Shown here: piece by piece, positions 1 through 9,250 of the stretch
How the letters are laid out: every line of letters begins with the position of its first letter
How positions within the stretch are numbered: position 1 is the first letter of the stretch
Assembly: GCA_965215515.1 (NCBI GenBank)
Contig: OZ244057.1
Location: 1,760,001-1,824,000, forward strand
Source: Oligoflexales bacterium
GTDB taxonomy: Bacteria > Bdellovibrionota_B > Oligoflexia > Oligoflexales > JAPPIL01
Length of the DNA stretch: 64,000 nt
Direction: 5' to 3'
Notes under the pieces: generated by a model
Told to the model about the DNA's origin: nothing
Databases searched by the model: none
Seen by the model: the letters and a program-made list of their open reading frames with translations, nothing else
Translations under genes and position numbers: made by a program

Positions 1-303
1 GGCCGGTAACGGCAGTTGTACGAGAATACCATCGATCGCACCGTCGTCATTGAGTGCCGCAATCTTCGTCCGCAAATCCCGCTGGGTGACAGTACGCGCT
101 AACTTGACATCGACGCTGTCAATCCCCACCGCCGCACAGGCTCGGCGTTTGCGCTGCACATAAACACCGCTGGCATAATCGTCCCCGACCAACACCACCG
201 CCAGACGCGGAGCCTGCCGCGAGGCAGTGAGTGCGGCAATTTTCCGTCGCAGCTCGGCATTAAACCGTGCTGCCAACGCTGCACCATCAATTATCTGCGC
301 CAT
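1..303 (-). CDS. folD: Bifunctional methylenetetrahydrofolate dehydrogenase/cyclohydrolase FolD, N-terminal part (runs off the left edge)
   Basis: Manual translation from ATG at 303: MAQIIDGAALAARF...PRLAVVLVGDDYASGVYVQRKRRACAAVGI...LNDDGAIDGILVQLPLP, classic FolD motifs; absent from ORF track. Confidence 0.95.
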   Translation of the reverse strand, partial: MAQIIDGAALAARFNAELRRKIAALTASRQAPRLAVVLVGDDYASGVYVQRKRRACAAVGIDSVDVKLARTVTQRDLRTKIAALNDDGAIDGILVQLPLPA

Positions 304-1510
304 CGCCGTTCTTCCGCAAAAAGCTCACCACACCATCATGCACATTTTGCACAGAAGTGATAACATTGTCATCGCCATTTTCACTTTTGCCGCAAGAATC
401 GCCGCAGAAAAAAAGCCCTGTCGCGGCATCCTGCCCCTCACCTAACGGCAAACAATGCGCCGCGGGGACAAGGGCAATCAAGCGAGGCCCCGCATCTGCC
501 GTGTAAATGCGATTCAGAGTGCGCAACGCCCGTTTCAGTTTGCCCACCGCAGCGGTCACGGCTGGAGCGCGCAGCTGTGTCTCGTAAGACAACACCCGCG
601 CCAGGGCCAATTCACCCCGTGCCGTGCACAACACATGCGTGCCTTCCGCAGCGACACACAGTTCCGCAGGCATCGTCTCTATCGCCTCAGTCGGGGTAGT
701 GACGAGACAGACCACACTGTGCGGTCTGTTCTTGCGCACCGCTTTTGCCAGCGCGGCAGGCCAATACGACGCGGCAAGCCACCCACTCGCCTGCCAAGGC
801 GGGTGGGCCACCACCAGTGTGCGGCTGCGCTGTGTGCCCTGTGCACTGTGCAGCTCCCAGATGCCGTCTTTACGTCGAGCATCGACGACCTGACACTCTG
901 TACGTACGACGATGCTTTTATCGGCTATCAGCCTTTGCATGACCTGCTGCCAGTCAGCAGTAAACAACTCGCACGCACGTTGTACAGCAAGCTTTTGGCG
1001 CAGCTGTGCAACACTCAGGGAGGACAAACTCGGCAAGGCCAGCATTACCGCAAGCTTGTCGAGCAAAGTGGCAAGCGGCGGATCGTAGTGCTTCAGTGTT
1101 TTCTTAGACCCCTCCGTCTGCATTGCAACGCACAACTTTTCCCATCCAGAGGCGAGCACACTGCCGCTGAGCTGTCGCACGATGTCAGTGCTAAACAAAG
1201 CGTGACGATCAGTAACGACCATCTTTGTCGCCGCCACCAACAACGCAAGTTGAGTGTGCTGGTGTAGAGCAGGCAACTCTTGCAACCCCGCCTGTGCCCC
1301 TGAAGCACAAGTCTGAACGCAAAGAAAGTCGACCAGAGCACGGCTGACAAGCTGTAAATGCGGGATATTACCGCACAGCCGCCCGCCGAGATGTGCCTCC
1401 TTCTCCAGCACCGCCAACCTGGCCGTCGGTAACGTACGAGTTAACCGCATGGCAAGCAACAAGCCGCTGCAGCCACCACCGACTATCGTGATGTCATTGT
1501 CCGCGGGCAT
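287..1510 (-). CDS. FAD/NAD(P)-dependent oxidoreductase (amine oxidase/renalase-like)
   Basis: N-terminal ITIVGGGCSG...VLEKEAHLGGR dinucleotide-binding motif; C-terminal GLFFCGD; overlaps folD start. Confidence 0.75.
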   Translation of the reverse strand: MPADNDITIVGGGCSGLLLAMRLTRTLPTARLAVLEKEAHLGGRLCGNIPHLQLVSRALVDFLCVQTCASGAQAGLQELPALHQHTQLALLVAATKMVVTDRHALFSTDIVRQLSGSVLASGWEKLCVAMQTEGSKKTLKHYDPPLATLLDKLAVMLALPSLSSLSVAQLRQKLAVQRACELFTADWQQVMQRLIADKSIVVRTECQVVDARRKDGIWELHSAQGTQRSRTLVVAHPPWQASGWLAASYWPAALAKAVRKNRPHSVVCLVTTPTEAIETMPAELCVAAEGTHVLCTARGELALARVLSYETQLRAPAVTAAVGKLKRALRTLNRIYTADAGPRLIALVPAAHCLPLGEGQDAATGLFFCGDSCGKSENGDDNVITSVQNVHDGVVSFLRKNGDGADN

Positions 1511-1523
1511 CGATCCCTACACC

Positions 1524-1604
1524 TCCTTGAGGAGGCAGCGGTGAAAGACAAGTTTTATAGGGAGGGGCAAATAGACTTGAAGATCACCGCCGCTTCCTCA
1601 GGAA
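1524..1604 (-). promoter_or_regulatory. Long imperfect hairpin covering the RBS of the oxidoreductase-folD operon
   Basis: Minus-strand arms TTCCTGAGGAAGCGGCGGTGA / TCACCGCTGCCTCCTCAAGGA plus inner CAAGTCTAT / ATAAAACTTG stem; 3' arm contains part of AAGGAGG. Confidence 0.45.
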
Positions 1605-1611
1605 GCGATAC

Positions 1612-1642
1612 AGAGGAAGATTGTTAAATGCAACCTTCCTCC
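1612..1642 (-). terminator. Hairpin downstream of the His/Tyr-rich lipoprotein gene
   Basis: GGAGGAAGGTTG-CATTTAA-CAATCTTCCTCT, 12-bp stem with G-U pairs on minus strand; no clear U tract. Confidence 0.4.
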
Positions 1643-1657
1643 AGCCTTTCTGCTAGA

Positions 1658-2383
1658 CTAATAGCAGCTTGTCGTTCGGTAGAAACAATAGGCGGTCGTG
1701 TTGGGGTAGTAGACGAAATACCTATAACGCGAGGGCTGGTAGTAGTAGGTATTGTAGAAACGATAGTTACCCCACCAGGTATTGGGATAGTAAGACGAGC
1801 GATAATACGGCCGATAGTAAGTGTGATAGTAGGTCATCGGACGAGCATAGTTGCCGACATACAACGGATAGTTGCGGTAGCCATGATGCCTATGCCCACG
1901 CTTGTAGCCATGATGCCTATGCCCACGCTTGTAGCCATGATGATGCCGTCGCCCATGCCCGTAGCGGTGATCATCGACATCGTGCTGTGTCGAGCGGTGG
2001 TGATCACGTTCATGGTCACGGGCGACATGCCGCAGATTGTGCGCCAAACGCGTCCGCGCACTAGTCCGTCCTTCGTCCCACATAGAGGCCATGCGCTCGC
2101 CGCTGAGCTGCTGCGAGTCGAGATTATCGAAATGCCTGACTTCCGCCTGCGCTTGCGCACGCGGCTCGCCCTTGTCATCGATGGGCACACGCACCACCAA
2201 ACTGCGCGGCAAGTTAGCGTGCTCCGCACTCAGCTGCTTACGATCATCGCGGGGGAAACGCTCGACATCGTTGAGATCATCGAGAAAAACAGGGTGATCG
2301 TTGCGCTCATCGGCACAACCAACCAGCGCCATCGCACCTAACGCAAGCCCCGCAAAAAGATTCTTGGTAAAGTAAATATACAC
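1658..2383 (-). CDS. Putative lipoprotein with His/Gly/Arg- and Tyr-rich low-complexity C-terminus
   Basis: Lipobox LVGC after hydrophobic stretch; GAGGAGG RBS 7 nt before GTG at 2383; HHGYKRGHR repeats. Confidence 0.75.
   Translation of the reverse strand: MYIYFTKNLFAGLALGAMALVGCADERNDHPVFLDDLNDVERFPRDDRKQLSAEHANLPRSLVVRVPIDDKGEPRAQAQAEVRHFDNLDSQQLSGERMASMWDEGRTSARTRLAHNLRHVARDHERDHHRSTQHDVDDHRYGHGRRHHHGYKRGHRHHGYKRGHRHHGYRNYPLYVGNYARPMTYYHTYYRPYYRSSYYPNTWWGNYRFYNTYYYQPSRYRYFVYYPNTTAYCFYRTTSCY
1877..1942. repeat. 27-bp in-frame tandem repeat (2 full copies plus a partial)
   Basis: GTAGCCATGATGCCTATGCCCACGCTT x2 then GTAGCCATGATG; encodes KRGHRHHGY on minus strand. Confidence 0.9.
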
Positions 2384-2493
2384 AATCAATCCTCCTCATG
2401 TAATCGGTCACGCCACGGGCGGAGTAGAACATACGGAGGCACGTATTTCAAGCAAAAAGTTAAATTATTTTTTAAGTATTAATTAATACTGAG

Positions 2494-3687
2494 TTATTTT
2501 TTCTGATTATTAATGTTGGCCGAGTAGTCAATTATATCGCCATAGTCGATGGAGTTGTGCGAATCGACGGTACTGGCGAGAGATGGCATGCTGCTGGGGG
2601 GCATGTTGTCCTGTCGTGCCTGGGTGGCGAGAATACGCAGCTTGTTCCAGCGGTATTTTTCTTTCGAGTAGGTGACGAGAGGGGTGGGACGAGCTGTCTT
2701 GAGGATACGGTAGCAGGATTCGAGAGTTTTCAAATCGTTACTCTGTTCCAAGCAGTTCCAGACGAGCAGTGGATGGGACGAGGAGGAGTAGGTGGCACGA
2801 TGGTCAGCGCGGGTAGAGATCAGTGCACGTGCTTGCCACATGATGCGCTCACGAATGACCGTCGCAAGTTGATCGTCGGGCAAGGACAGATCGATGAAGG
2901 CACTGTAAGCCGACAGGAAGCAGGCATGTTCGTAACTGTTGGGGTAGTGCCAGTGAGGAACAGTTCTCTCCCGCAGCCAGGCAGGGTCCCACGACAGCAG
3001 GAGACTCCAGTAGGTGGTGAGGAGTTTCTGTTGAGTGAGCAGTTCTTGCCAACTGCTCAAACTGTTCCGCCACATCTTGCGCCAGTTAGCGCGACTGCAG
3101 TCGGCGGGGGTTTTGACCTCCGACTGTTCCCTGAGTACTGCCATCACCGTAGGCTTAAGCTGACCATCGTCCCAAAAGGCCAGGGTCCTGAGCACAGGCA
3201 ACCATTGGGGCGAAGAGGATAGCGATGCGGCGAGCTTGTCAATCAGTGCTGTATCTGCTTGCAGAATTTCCATCGCACGGGGGTAATCAGCATTACGATA
3301 GTGCCGCATGGCACTCTGCAAAATGTCTGCTTGGCGACGATGGTACAGGTAGTGGGCCGCGGCCGCCACGCCGAGCAAGACAACCACCACCAGCATGGAG
3401 GTCAGCAGAAGAGAACCGCTCTTGCGCGGCTTGGGGACATATTTCTCATAGGCACTGACGAGGTTTCCTTTGGGGGCGGCCGTGCGATGGAAGATGCTGA
3501 CCATCTCTGGGTAGTGTTTCTCGAGGGCATCGCGGTTGCGGAAATACACCCACGGCCCCAGATTGCTACTTACCTCATCGTTGATACTGCACTGTTTGCG
3601 GTGGTAAAGCTCGCCGAGCGCAGCTAGATCGTGCGGGCCGAGCAGTGATTCTTGGTTACGCCGCACCAGGTAGTACTTGCCGCTCAT
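2494..3687 (-). CDS. Membrane-anchored hypothetical protein with GYF_2-like N-terminal domain
   Basis: YYLVRRNQESLLGPHDLAAL...DEVSSNLGPW pattern; single TM LLLTSMLVVVVLLGV; overlaps phosphatase stop. Confidence 0.6.
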   Translation of the reverse strand: MSGKYYLVRRNQESLLGPHDLAALGELYHRKQCSINDEVSSNLGPWVYFRNRDALEKHYPEMVSIFHRTAAPKGNLVSAYEKYVPKPRKSGSLLLTSMLVVVVLLGVAAAAHYLYHRRQADILQSAMRHYRNADYPRAMEILQADTALIDKLAASLSSSPQWLPVLRTLAFWDDGQLKPTVMAVLREQSEVKTPADCSRANWRKMWRNSLSSWQELLTQQKLLTTYWSLLLSWDPAWLRERTVPHWHYPNSYEHACFLSAYSAFIDLSLPDDQLATVIRERIMWQARALISTRADHRATYSSSSHPLLVWNCLEQSNDLKTLESCYRILKTARPTPLVTYSKEKYRWNKLRILATQARQDNMPPSSMPSLASTVDSHNSIDYGDIIDYSANINNQKK

Positions 3688-4421
3688 GCTGCGGTAACCT
3701 CACAAACAAGCACGGTAACGTTGTCTCGTCCGCCGCGCGCACAGGCTTCCTTGATGAGCAAAGACGGGAGATGATGGGCAGCATGCTTGTTGTTGTACAG
3801 AATTCTCAAAATCCTGCGGTCATCGACCATATCCGATAAACCATCGCTGCACAGCAAAAAAATCTGCGATGCGGCCACCGCGAGGCGATAAATGTCGATT
3901 TCGATGGTGCGTGCCAAACCCACTCCCCGTGTCAGCACATTTTTCTTGGTATTGTGCGGCAGCGTGTCAGGATCGAGCCAACCATGATGAATAAAACTGG
4001 CGACGTTGTGATCGATAGTCAACTGAAACAAATGATCGTGCATAAACAAATAAGCCCTGCTGTCACCGCAATGAGGGATAAACACCTGCCGTCCCGCGAA
4101 GTGAATTGCGGTAGCTGTCGTGCCCAAACCACCCATCTCACGATAACGTTCACCGAAAGAAAAAATCTTGTTGTTTATCTCCTCCCACAGCTCCGCGTAC
4201 GCTTCAGGCATTTGGGCGGGATTCAGACGTGCCCTACGCCCCTGCGTGAAACGAGCAAACTCCTGCACAACAACACCCGAAGCCACATCCCCACCTTTGC
4301 GTCCTCCAATCCCGTCAGCGACCACCCCCGCTTGTGTACGCTCGTCGTAAAATATACTGTCCTGATTGCTTTTCCGCACCACACCGACGGAAGTCTCCCC
4401 AAACATTCTGACAGCAGTCAT
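3684..4421 (-). CDS. PP2C-family Ser/Thr protein phosphatase (Stp1/PrpC-like)
   Basis: RKSNQDS, VADGIGG, GTT, HCGDSRAY, LLCSDGL, GGRDNVT motifs. Confidence 0.93.
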   Translation of the reverse strand: MTAVRMFGETSVGVVRKSNQDSIFYDERTQAGVVADGIGGRKGGDVASGVVVQEFARFTQGRRARLNPAQMPEAYAELWEEINNKIFSFGERYREMGGLGTTATAIHFAGRQVFIPHCGDSRAYLFMHDHLFQLTIDHNVASFIHHGWLDPDTLPHNTKKNVLTRGVGLARTIEIDIYRLAVAASQIFLLCSDGLSDMVDDRRILRILYNNKHAAHHLPSLLIKEACARGGRDNVTVLVCEVTAA

Positions 4422-4599
4422 GAGCGGATGTCCCGAAAATAAACTCGCGGACAAAAATCGTTTCCAATTACAGATATTTTTGCGTACACTCTAATGTATC
4501 CCCAGGTTGTGCAGGTCGCTGAGCATGACAGCAACACAGACGCAGGTAGCAAACCCACCTCCACCAACCTCCCGACCCACGACCGCACACCTGCTGGCA

Positions 4600-6363
4600 A
4601 TGATGAGAGCAGGCTCACTTTTATTAGCACTTATCCCTCTCCATAGTAAGGCAATTGCCAAAGAGAGTATACACAAAAAGGCACTGAAATACTCAAAAAG
4701 CCTCCACGCGGGCAAAAAAGCCTTCCAGCAGAAGGACTATGTGCGAGCACAGAAACACTTTCGTCACCATTTACAACGCTTCAAAAAAGACTACGATTCA
4801 TGGAATTACCTAGCGGCAGCCTACTATCATTTGGGCTTACCCAAAAAATCTTTGCGGTATTTAAAATATATCTACAAAAAAACTCGCATGAAATCTTTCA
4901 ATCTACTCTATCGTGGATTGGCTTTGATAACTTTAAAAAGGAATGCCGCAGCCATCAAGATGCTCAAGCGTGCCATCGATTATCACGACAGTTACGGGGA
5001 ACTGGCTACTTTTGAAATGGCACTGCTGCACTATCATACGGGGAACAAAGGCGAAGCTCGCAAGTGGGGCAAGACATACCTCAAGCGCCATAGCAAGGGC
5101 ATATATGCTGCGCAAGCCAAGCTAATGCTGGATAGTATGAGTTTGGGGCAACAACTAGATGACTTGGAAGGCATTGAGAAGCCTAACCTGACGGAGGCAA
5201 AGTTCAAGTATCATCATCTGTCCTTGTTTAATTTCCCTCACTTTTGGATGATACAGCTGGGCAATGAGGCGTTTGATTTCACAGGGAAGCGTCCTGACCA
5301 AGGGCGAGAGCTTATCGACCATCGCAATCAGGTGTTTGGTTTGCTATCTAACTTCGGGCTGGGTATCGGGCCTTTTCGCTCCGATCTGCTTTCGGTTTGG
5401 GTGGCTTACACTTATCTCCAGAAATGGTTGACCAATACGGGGCGGGTGAAGCTTTTTCTCGATGAACCTTCTGATGTTAAGTATTTTCCTTTTCGCTTTG
5501 ATCTCCTAGAACGCACCCACAAGCTCTCCAGCTCGCTTACCGTCAAGCCACATGCACAGGTGAACCTCGGTCTTTACGGGGAGTACAGCTATCGCCTGAT
5601 GGGTAGCAATAAATTTTCCGATCCAGATGGCTTTGTTGACTTGAAGAGTAAGATTCCGCTGGCACACTCGATGCTGATAATTCCTTGGGTAGGTATCTCA
5701 TACCTTACCTATCTCAGAAGTTTCGTCTACGCTTACGTAGGAAAGACAGTGGATTTATCTGATCCCGATTTCAGCAACGTTACTTTTGGGCGTTCGGGAG
5801 ATAGCTTGCTCGATTATTTTTTTCTGAGCTGGGGAGGGCGACAGGTCTTTGCTCTCAAGGAATATGATCTGTCCCTAGAGCTTGATTTGTTTCTAACCCA
5901 CCACCTGTTCAACGACTACTGGTTAGATTTTAAACGCTACGGGGGGGCGGCGAAACTAAAAATGGGGATCTTGTCAACGGTATACTTAGCAGGAAGGTTC
6001 GGTTATTTTTTGGATGAGTATGGCACGGAAGTCATCAAATTCGGTAACTGTAGCGACATCATCGGGCAGCTACAACCTCAAAATATTCCCCAGACCCCCA
6101 CCGCCTGTGAAAGGCAAGATGTCGCTATTATGTATGAATTTAGCGGCAGTTTTGATCTCTCCCCTACCAAGAGAATCGAATTACAGGTTGTGCGGGTAGA
6201 AAACGTAAACTTCCAGCTCAAAGAATACGAAAGAGCGGAAACAAAATTCAAACTACGCCTCACCTTTGCTTTTCCTTCGGCTAAAAAAACACTTAGCTAC
6301 GTTGATAAATTCTCTGATCCAGTTTACTTAATTGGAAAGGAAGACTATGGCTATATCAGGTAA
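4600..6363 (+). CDS. Secreted TPR protein with probable C-terminal beta-rich/beta-barrel region
   Basis: Signal-like MMRAGSLLLALIPL; TPR-like helices (YLAAAYYHLG, LYRGLAL); aromatic alternating strands C-terminally. Confidence 0.65.
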   Translation: MMRAGSLLLALIPLHSKAIAKESIHKKALKYSKSLHAGKKAFQQKDYVRAQKHFRHHLQRFKKDYDSWNYLAAAYYHLGLPKKSLRYLKYIYKKTRMKSFNLLYRGLALITLKRNAAAIKMLKRAIDYHDSYGELATFEMALLHYHTGNKGEARKWGKTYLKRHSKGIYAAQAKLMLDSMSLGQQLDDLEGIEKPNLTEAKFKYHHLSLFNFPHFWMIQLGNEAFDFTGKRPDQGRELIDHRNQVFGLLSNFGLGIGPFRSDLLSVWVAYTYLQKWLTNTGRVKLFLDEPSDVKYFPFRFDLLERTHKLSSSLTVKPHAQVNLGLYGEYSYRLMGSNKFSDPDGFVDLKSKIPLAHSMLIIPWVGISYLTYLRSFVYAYVGKTVDLSDPDFSNVTFGRSGDSLLDYFFLSWGGRQVFALKEYDLSLELDLFLTHHLFNDYWLDFKRYGGAAKLKMGILSTVYLAGRFGYFLDEYGTEVIKFGNCSDIIGQLQPQNIPQTPTACERQDVAIMYEFSGSFDLSPTKRIELQVVRVENVNFQLKEYERAETKFKLRLTFAFPSAKKTLSYVDKFSDPVYLIGKEDYGYIR

Positions 6364-6943
6364 ACATCAAAAACTAATCCGCGATGCCTGGCAAGATGAA
6401 CGCTACGTCTATCTCACTGGCGACGGTCTTGATATTCGTTTTCAAACCAAAATTATCGATGTTAAAGACGATTATCTTGTCCTCAACAACAGTGTAACCC
6501 CAGAACACCTTAAGAAATTTATTAGGTCAGATAATTTTTTCGTACAGATTTTTTTGGTAAACTTCAGAGCCGACTCTATCGATACAGATGGCAAAAACAT
6601 TTTGATTCCCATCAGAGACTCTCTCGGCATTAAGGAGACAAGGCAGAGCGTGCGACACGAATTCTTCCCTCATCGCAAAGAGTTCTGCGAATTCACCAAC
6701 CCTTTCGATCACAAGACACTTCTACGCAAGAGGTTGATGGATCTCTCTGAAGACGGTTTCTCTCTCGTAAGCTTTGTCGAAACCAAGCTGTTCAACATAG
6801 GCTTGGTGATAGAGGATATTGTGTTCTTTCAAGATAAAGCAAGTCAAAAAATGACAAAAACTGCTGAAGTAAAGTACACCAAGATGCTGGTGGACATCAA
6901 CGGCAAGCGGCATGTGCAAGTCGGCTTTGAATTTGTGAAATAA
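6347..6943 (+). CDS. PilZ-domain protein (YcgR-like layout)
   Basis: RQSVR (RxxxR) and DLSEDG (DxSxxG) motifs; ends VGFEF. Confidence 0.75.
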   Translation: MAISGKHQKLIRDAWQDERYVYLTGDGLDIRFQTKIIDVKDDYLVLNNSVTPEHLKKFIRSDNFFVQIFLVNFRADSIDTDGKNILIPIRDSLGIKETRQSVRHEFFPHRKEFCEFTNPFDHKTLLRKRLMDLSEDGFSLVSFVETKLFNIGLVIEDIVFFQDKASQKMTKTAEVKYTKMLVDINGKRHVQVGFEFVK

Positions 6944-6963
6944 ATTTCACTTTTAACAGCAAA

Positions 6964-9210
6964 TTAACGTGCAGGCCATGCTTGGCGGTAAAAGCGATCG
7001 ATATCTATAAGGAGATGAGTTTTTTCGTTCTCGTGTTCATAAAGGCGTAGCAGTGCCGCCAGTGATTCTACTGCTGCGAGCGAAGGAATTTTTATTTCCT
7101 TATCACTTGCTGCTCCTAGCTTCAACGGTTCGCGATACTCATCGAGATTGAGTTCGGCAAACGCTTCAAAAAAACTTTTATCCTCTTTAAGGTAAGCCAG
7201 CTTGGAGTTAGCATACCACACTTTTTTCTGCCAGCCATCGAGAACACGAGCAACACTCATCAAGCTCCCGATCGCCACCGCGGTAGGCACAGTGCTGTGA
7301 TTTACTTTACCACGCAAGTAGTGCCATAACGTCCAGTCGACAACGTTACGCGGCCCAGAATGAAACACACCCCACATGTTGTTGAACTTGTGATTTTCGA
7401 TGGTGATGTCATCGCGCCACAAGAGAAAATAAATATTTTGTACGTAGATATTGAGTAGAGCATAAGTTAACGACAACGCCGCAGTGTTTTTGAAACGTCC
7501 CTGAATGCCTCCATCCGCACTGCCGATAGCCATGGTGCGCAGATATGCACCTAGTAAGTTATCGACAGAATTGAGCATAAAGTTCTTGCTAGTGATAGGG
7601 TTGATTCCACGATCGAGATGTGACTTGATGTCGGTATAACGAGCAACACTGAAATGGTTGATTAAATCAAGACTTAACAGTAAATCACCGCGGCTTTTCA
7701 TGTTGTAAAAAGGAATAAACTTGTTCCAACTGCTGGTGATAGCACGTGCGGCAGCACCAATTCCCCAAAAGCTGATCGGTATTGCCACAATATTAAACGT
7801 GTTATTGTAAATGCGGCTGTTCTCTTCCCGCTCGTCCAATAACAACAGGGAACGCTCCGCCTGCAAACTTTTTATTCCCCGTACACTACGCATCAGAAAG
7901 GAGAACGCGGCGGTTACAGAGGCGAGCGGCATCACCTGCGGGCGAATTTTTTTGATCAGGAAACCAGCGGCGAACATCGTCCCGTAAGCAGCTTGCGACC
8001 AGGCTTCCGTCATTCTGACGGAGGTGCGCCCCCAGCTGGGGTGACAGAAAGCTGCCAGAAGATCGAGACTGTCTTCCTTCGTGTAGCTGTTGAGCAGCGA
8101 CCACAACACCAAACGATACTCCTCGATCTCAAAATCTTGACCGTGACAGGCATTATCGCGCACGTCCTGCTGTGTCGCCACCCAGTCGATGTAAGTGCGA
8201 TCGACTAGACGGGCAACCTGGTAGAGAGTATCATCGCTGAGGTTATCGATATATTTTTCTACGTCACTATCGAGTGCAAACATGAAATAAAATTGTAATG
8301 CACGTAGATTAGTAATTTGTCCTTTATTGAGCACGATCTCTTTGTTTTTGATGGTTTTTATTTTAATTGCATCGATGTTGTTGCTGAATTCATCCACCTT
8401 CGCCATCAAAGGGCGCAACTTACGTGCAAAATCAAACTCCAGCCGTTGCATCACACCTTCATGATGGCCATTGACGAAGGCGAGCACGAAAAGCTCGTGG
8501 GCAAGCGTTCGCCCGCGCACATCGAAGTGCCGCAAGCTCCGCCAACGCAGCAGCGGAAATTTTTCATAGAGAAGCTCCAAGCGTTGCTGCGGATAGCCAA
8601 ACTGCATCTTCTCCAGCGCGATGGGGTAAATAGGGGGAAAAGCCAACTGCTCGATGCGTCCCACATCTCGTGACCAAAAGGGCGGGTGCTGCCAGTTGCG
8701 GCTGCGCAGTCTGTGCCAATTGCCCCGCCGCAGGATATGCTTGATGAACATCAACTCGTAAGAAACACGCAACAACACCCGCATGTTGCTCGCCCGCCGC
8801 AGGGTAACACTACGACGCAGGTGCGTCTCTGTCTCTCGCATCGTCCGTTGCTGAGCCGCTATCTCCTCCCACGCCGTGCGGTTGAGCCGCGGGCAATGAG
8901 AGGGAAAGTGCACCTGTGGAAAAGTTTGGTGGGCGTAGAAATAAGCCATCTTTTTCTCCAAAGCGAGCGATCGCGCCAGCATGTGGGCACGCATTTCATG
9001 GCGTAATTTGCTGCGTATCGCCTGCACCCCCCCCGCAGCGTGTGCGTAACGCTGGGCGAGGTCTTCCTTCAGCCCCTGCTGCTGGCACACTTTGTTGAGG
9101 GTGCGCAACGAGAAGGTGGGTGGTAACTGCTGCAACTCCAAACTATCCTGTGCTCGTAGCGGCAGAGCATACGCACCGAGAATATAGAGATATGCACACA
9201 GTCTTTTCAT
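6964..9210 (-). CDS. Large hypothetical protein with signal peptide and C-terminal hydrophobic segments
   Basis: Long ORF; MKRLCAYLYILGAYALPLRA signal; no recognised family. Confidence 0.7.
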   Translation of the reverse strand: MKRLCAYLYILGAYALPLRAQDSLELQQLPPTFSLRTLNKVCQQQGLKEDLAQRYAHAAGGVQAIRSKLRHEMRAHMLARSLALEKKMAYFYAHQTFPQVHFPSHCPRLNRTAWEEIAAQQRTMRETETHLRRSVTLRRASNMRVLLRVSYELMFIKHILRRGNWHRLRSRNWQHPPFWSRDVGRIEQLAFPPIYPIALEKMQFGYPQQRLELLYEKFPLLRWRSLRHFDVRGRTLAHELFVLAFVNGHHEGVMQRLEFDFARKLRPLMAKVDEFSNNIDAIKIKTIKNKEIVLNKGQITNLRALQFYFMFALDSDVEKYIDNLSDDTLYQVARLVDRTYIDWVATQQDVRDNACHGQDFEIEEYRLVLWSLLNSYTKEDSLDLLAAFCHPSWGRTSVRMTEAWSQAAYGTMFAAGFLIKKIRPQVMPLASVTAAFSFLMRSVRGIKSLQAERSLLLLDEREENSRIYNNTFNIVAIPISFWGIGAAARAITSSWNKFIPFYNMKSRGDLLLSLDLINHFSVARYTDIKSHLDRGINPITSKNFMLNSVDNLLGAYLRTMAIGSADGGIQGRFKNTAALSLTYALLNIYVQNIYFLLWRDDITIENHKFNNMWGVFHSGPRNVVDWTLWHYLRGKVNHSTVPTAVAIGSLMSVARVLDGWQKKVWYANSKLAYLKEDKSFFEAFAELNLDEYREPLKLGAASDKEIKIPSLAAVESLAALLRLYEHENEKTHLLIDIDRFYRQAWPAR

Positions 9211-9250
9211 TTTATGATTAAGGCCATCTTTCAAAGAGTTATTTACAGTT

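Noticed and set aside
99..290. 63-aa ORF from the track
   Set aside because: Wrong frame; the region encodes FolD
1877..1942. CRISPR array
   Set aside because: Head-to-tail in-frame repeats with no spacers; no cas genes in the window
1628..2341. 237-aa plus-strand ORF with MMPMPTLVA repeats
   Set aside because: Antisense shadow of the lipoprotein gene, which has the RBS and lipobox
2475..2490. Perfect 16-bp palindrome AGTATTAATTAATACT as an operator
   Set aside because: Almost all A/T in an AT-rich spacer and seen only once; could be chance
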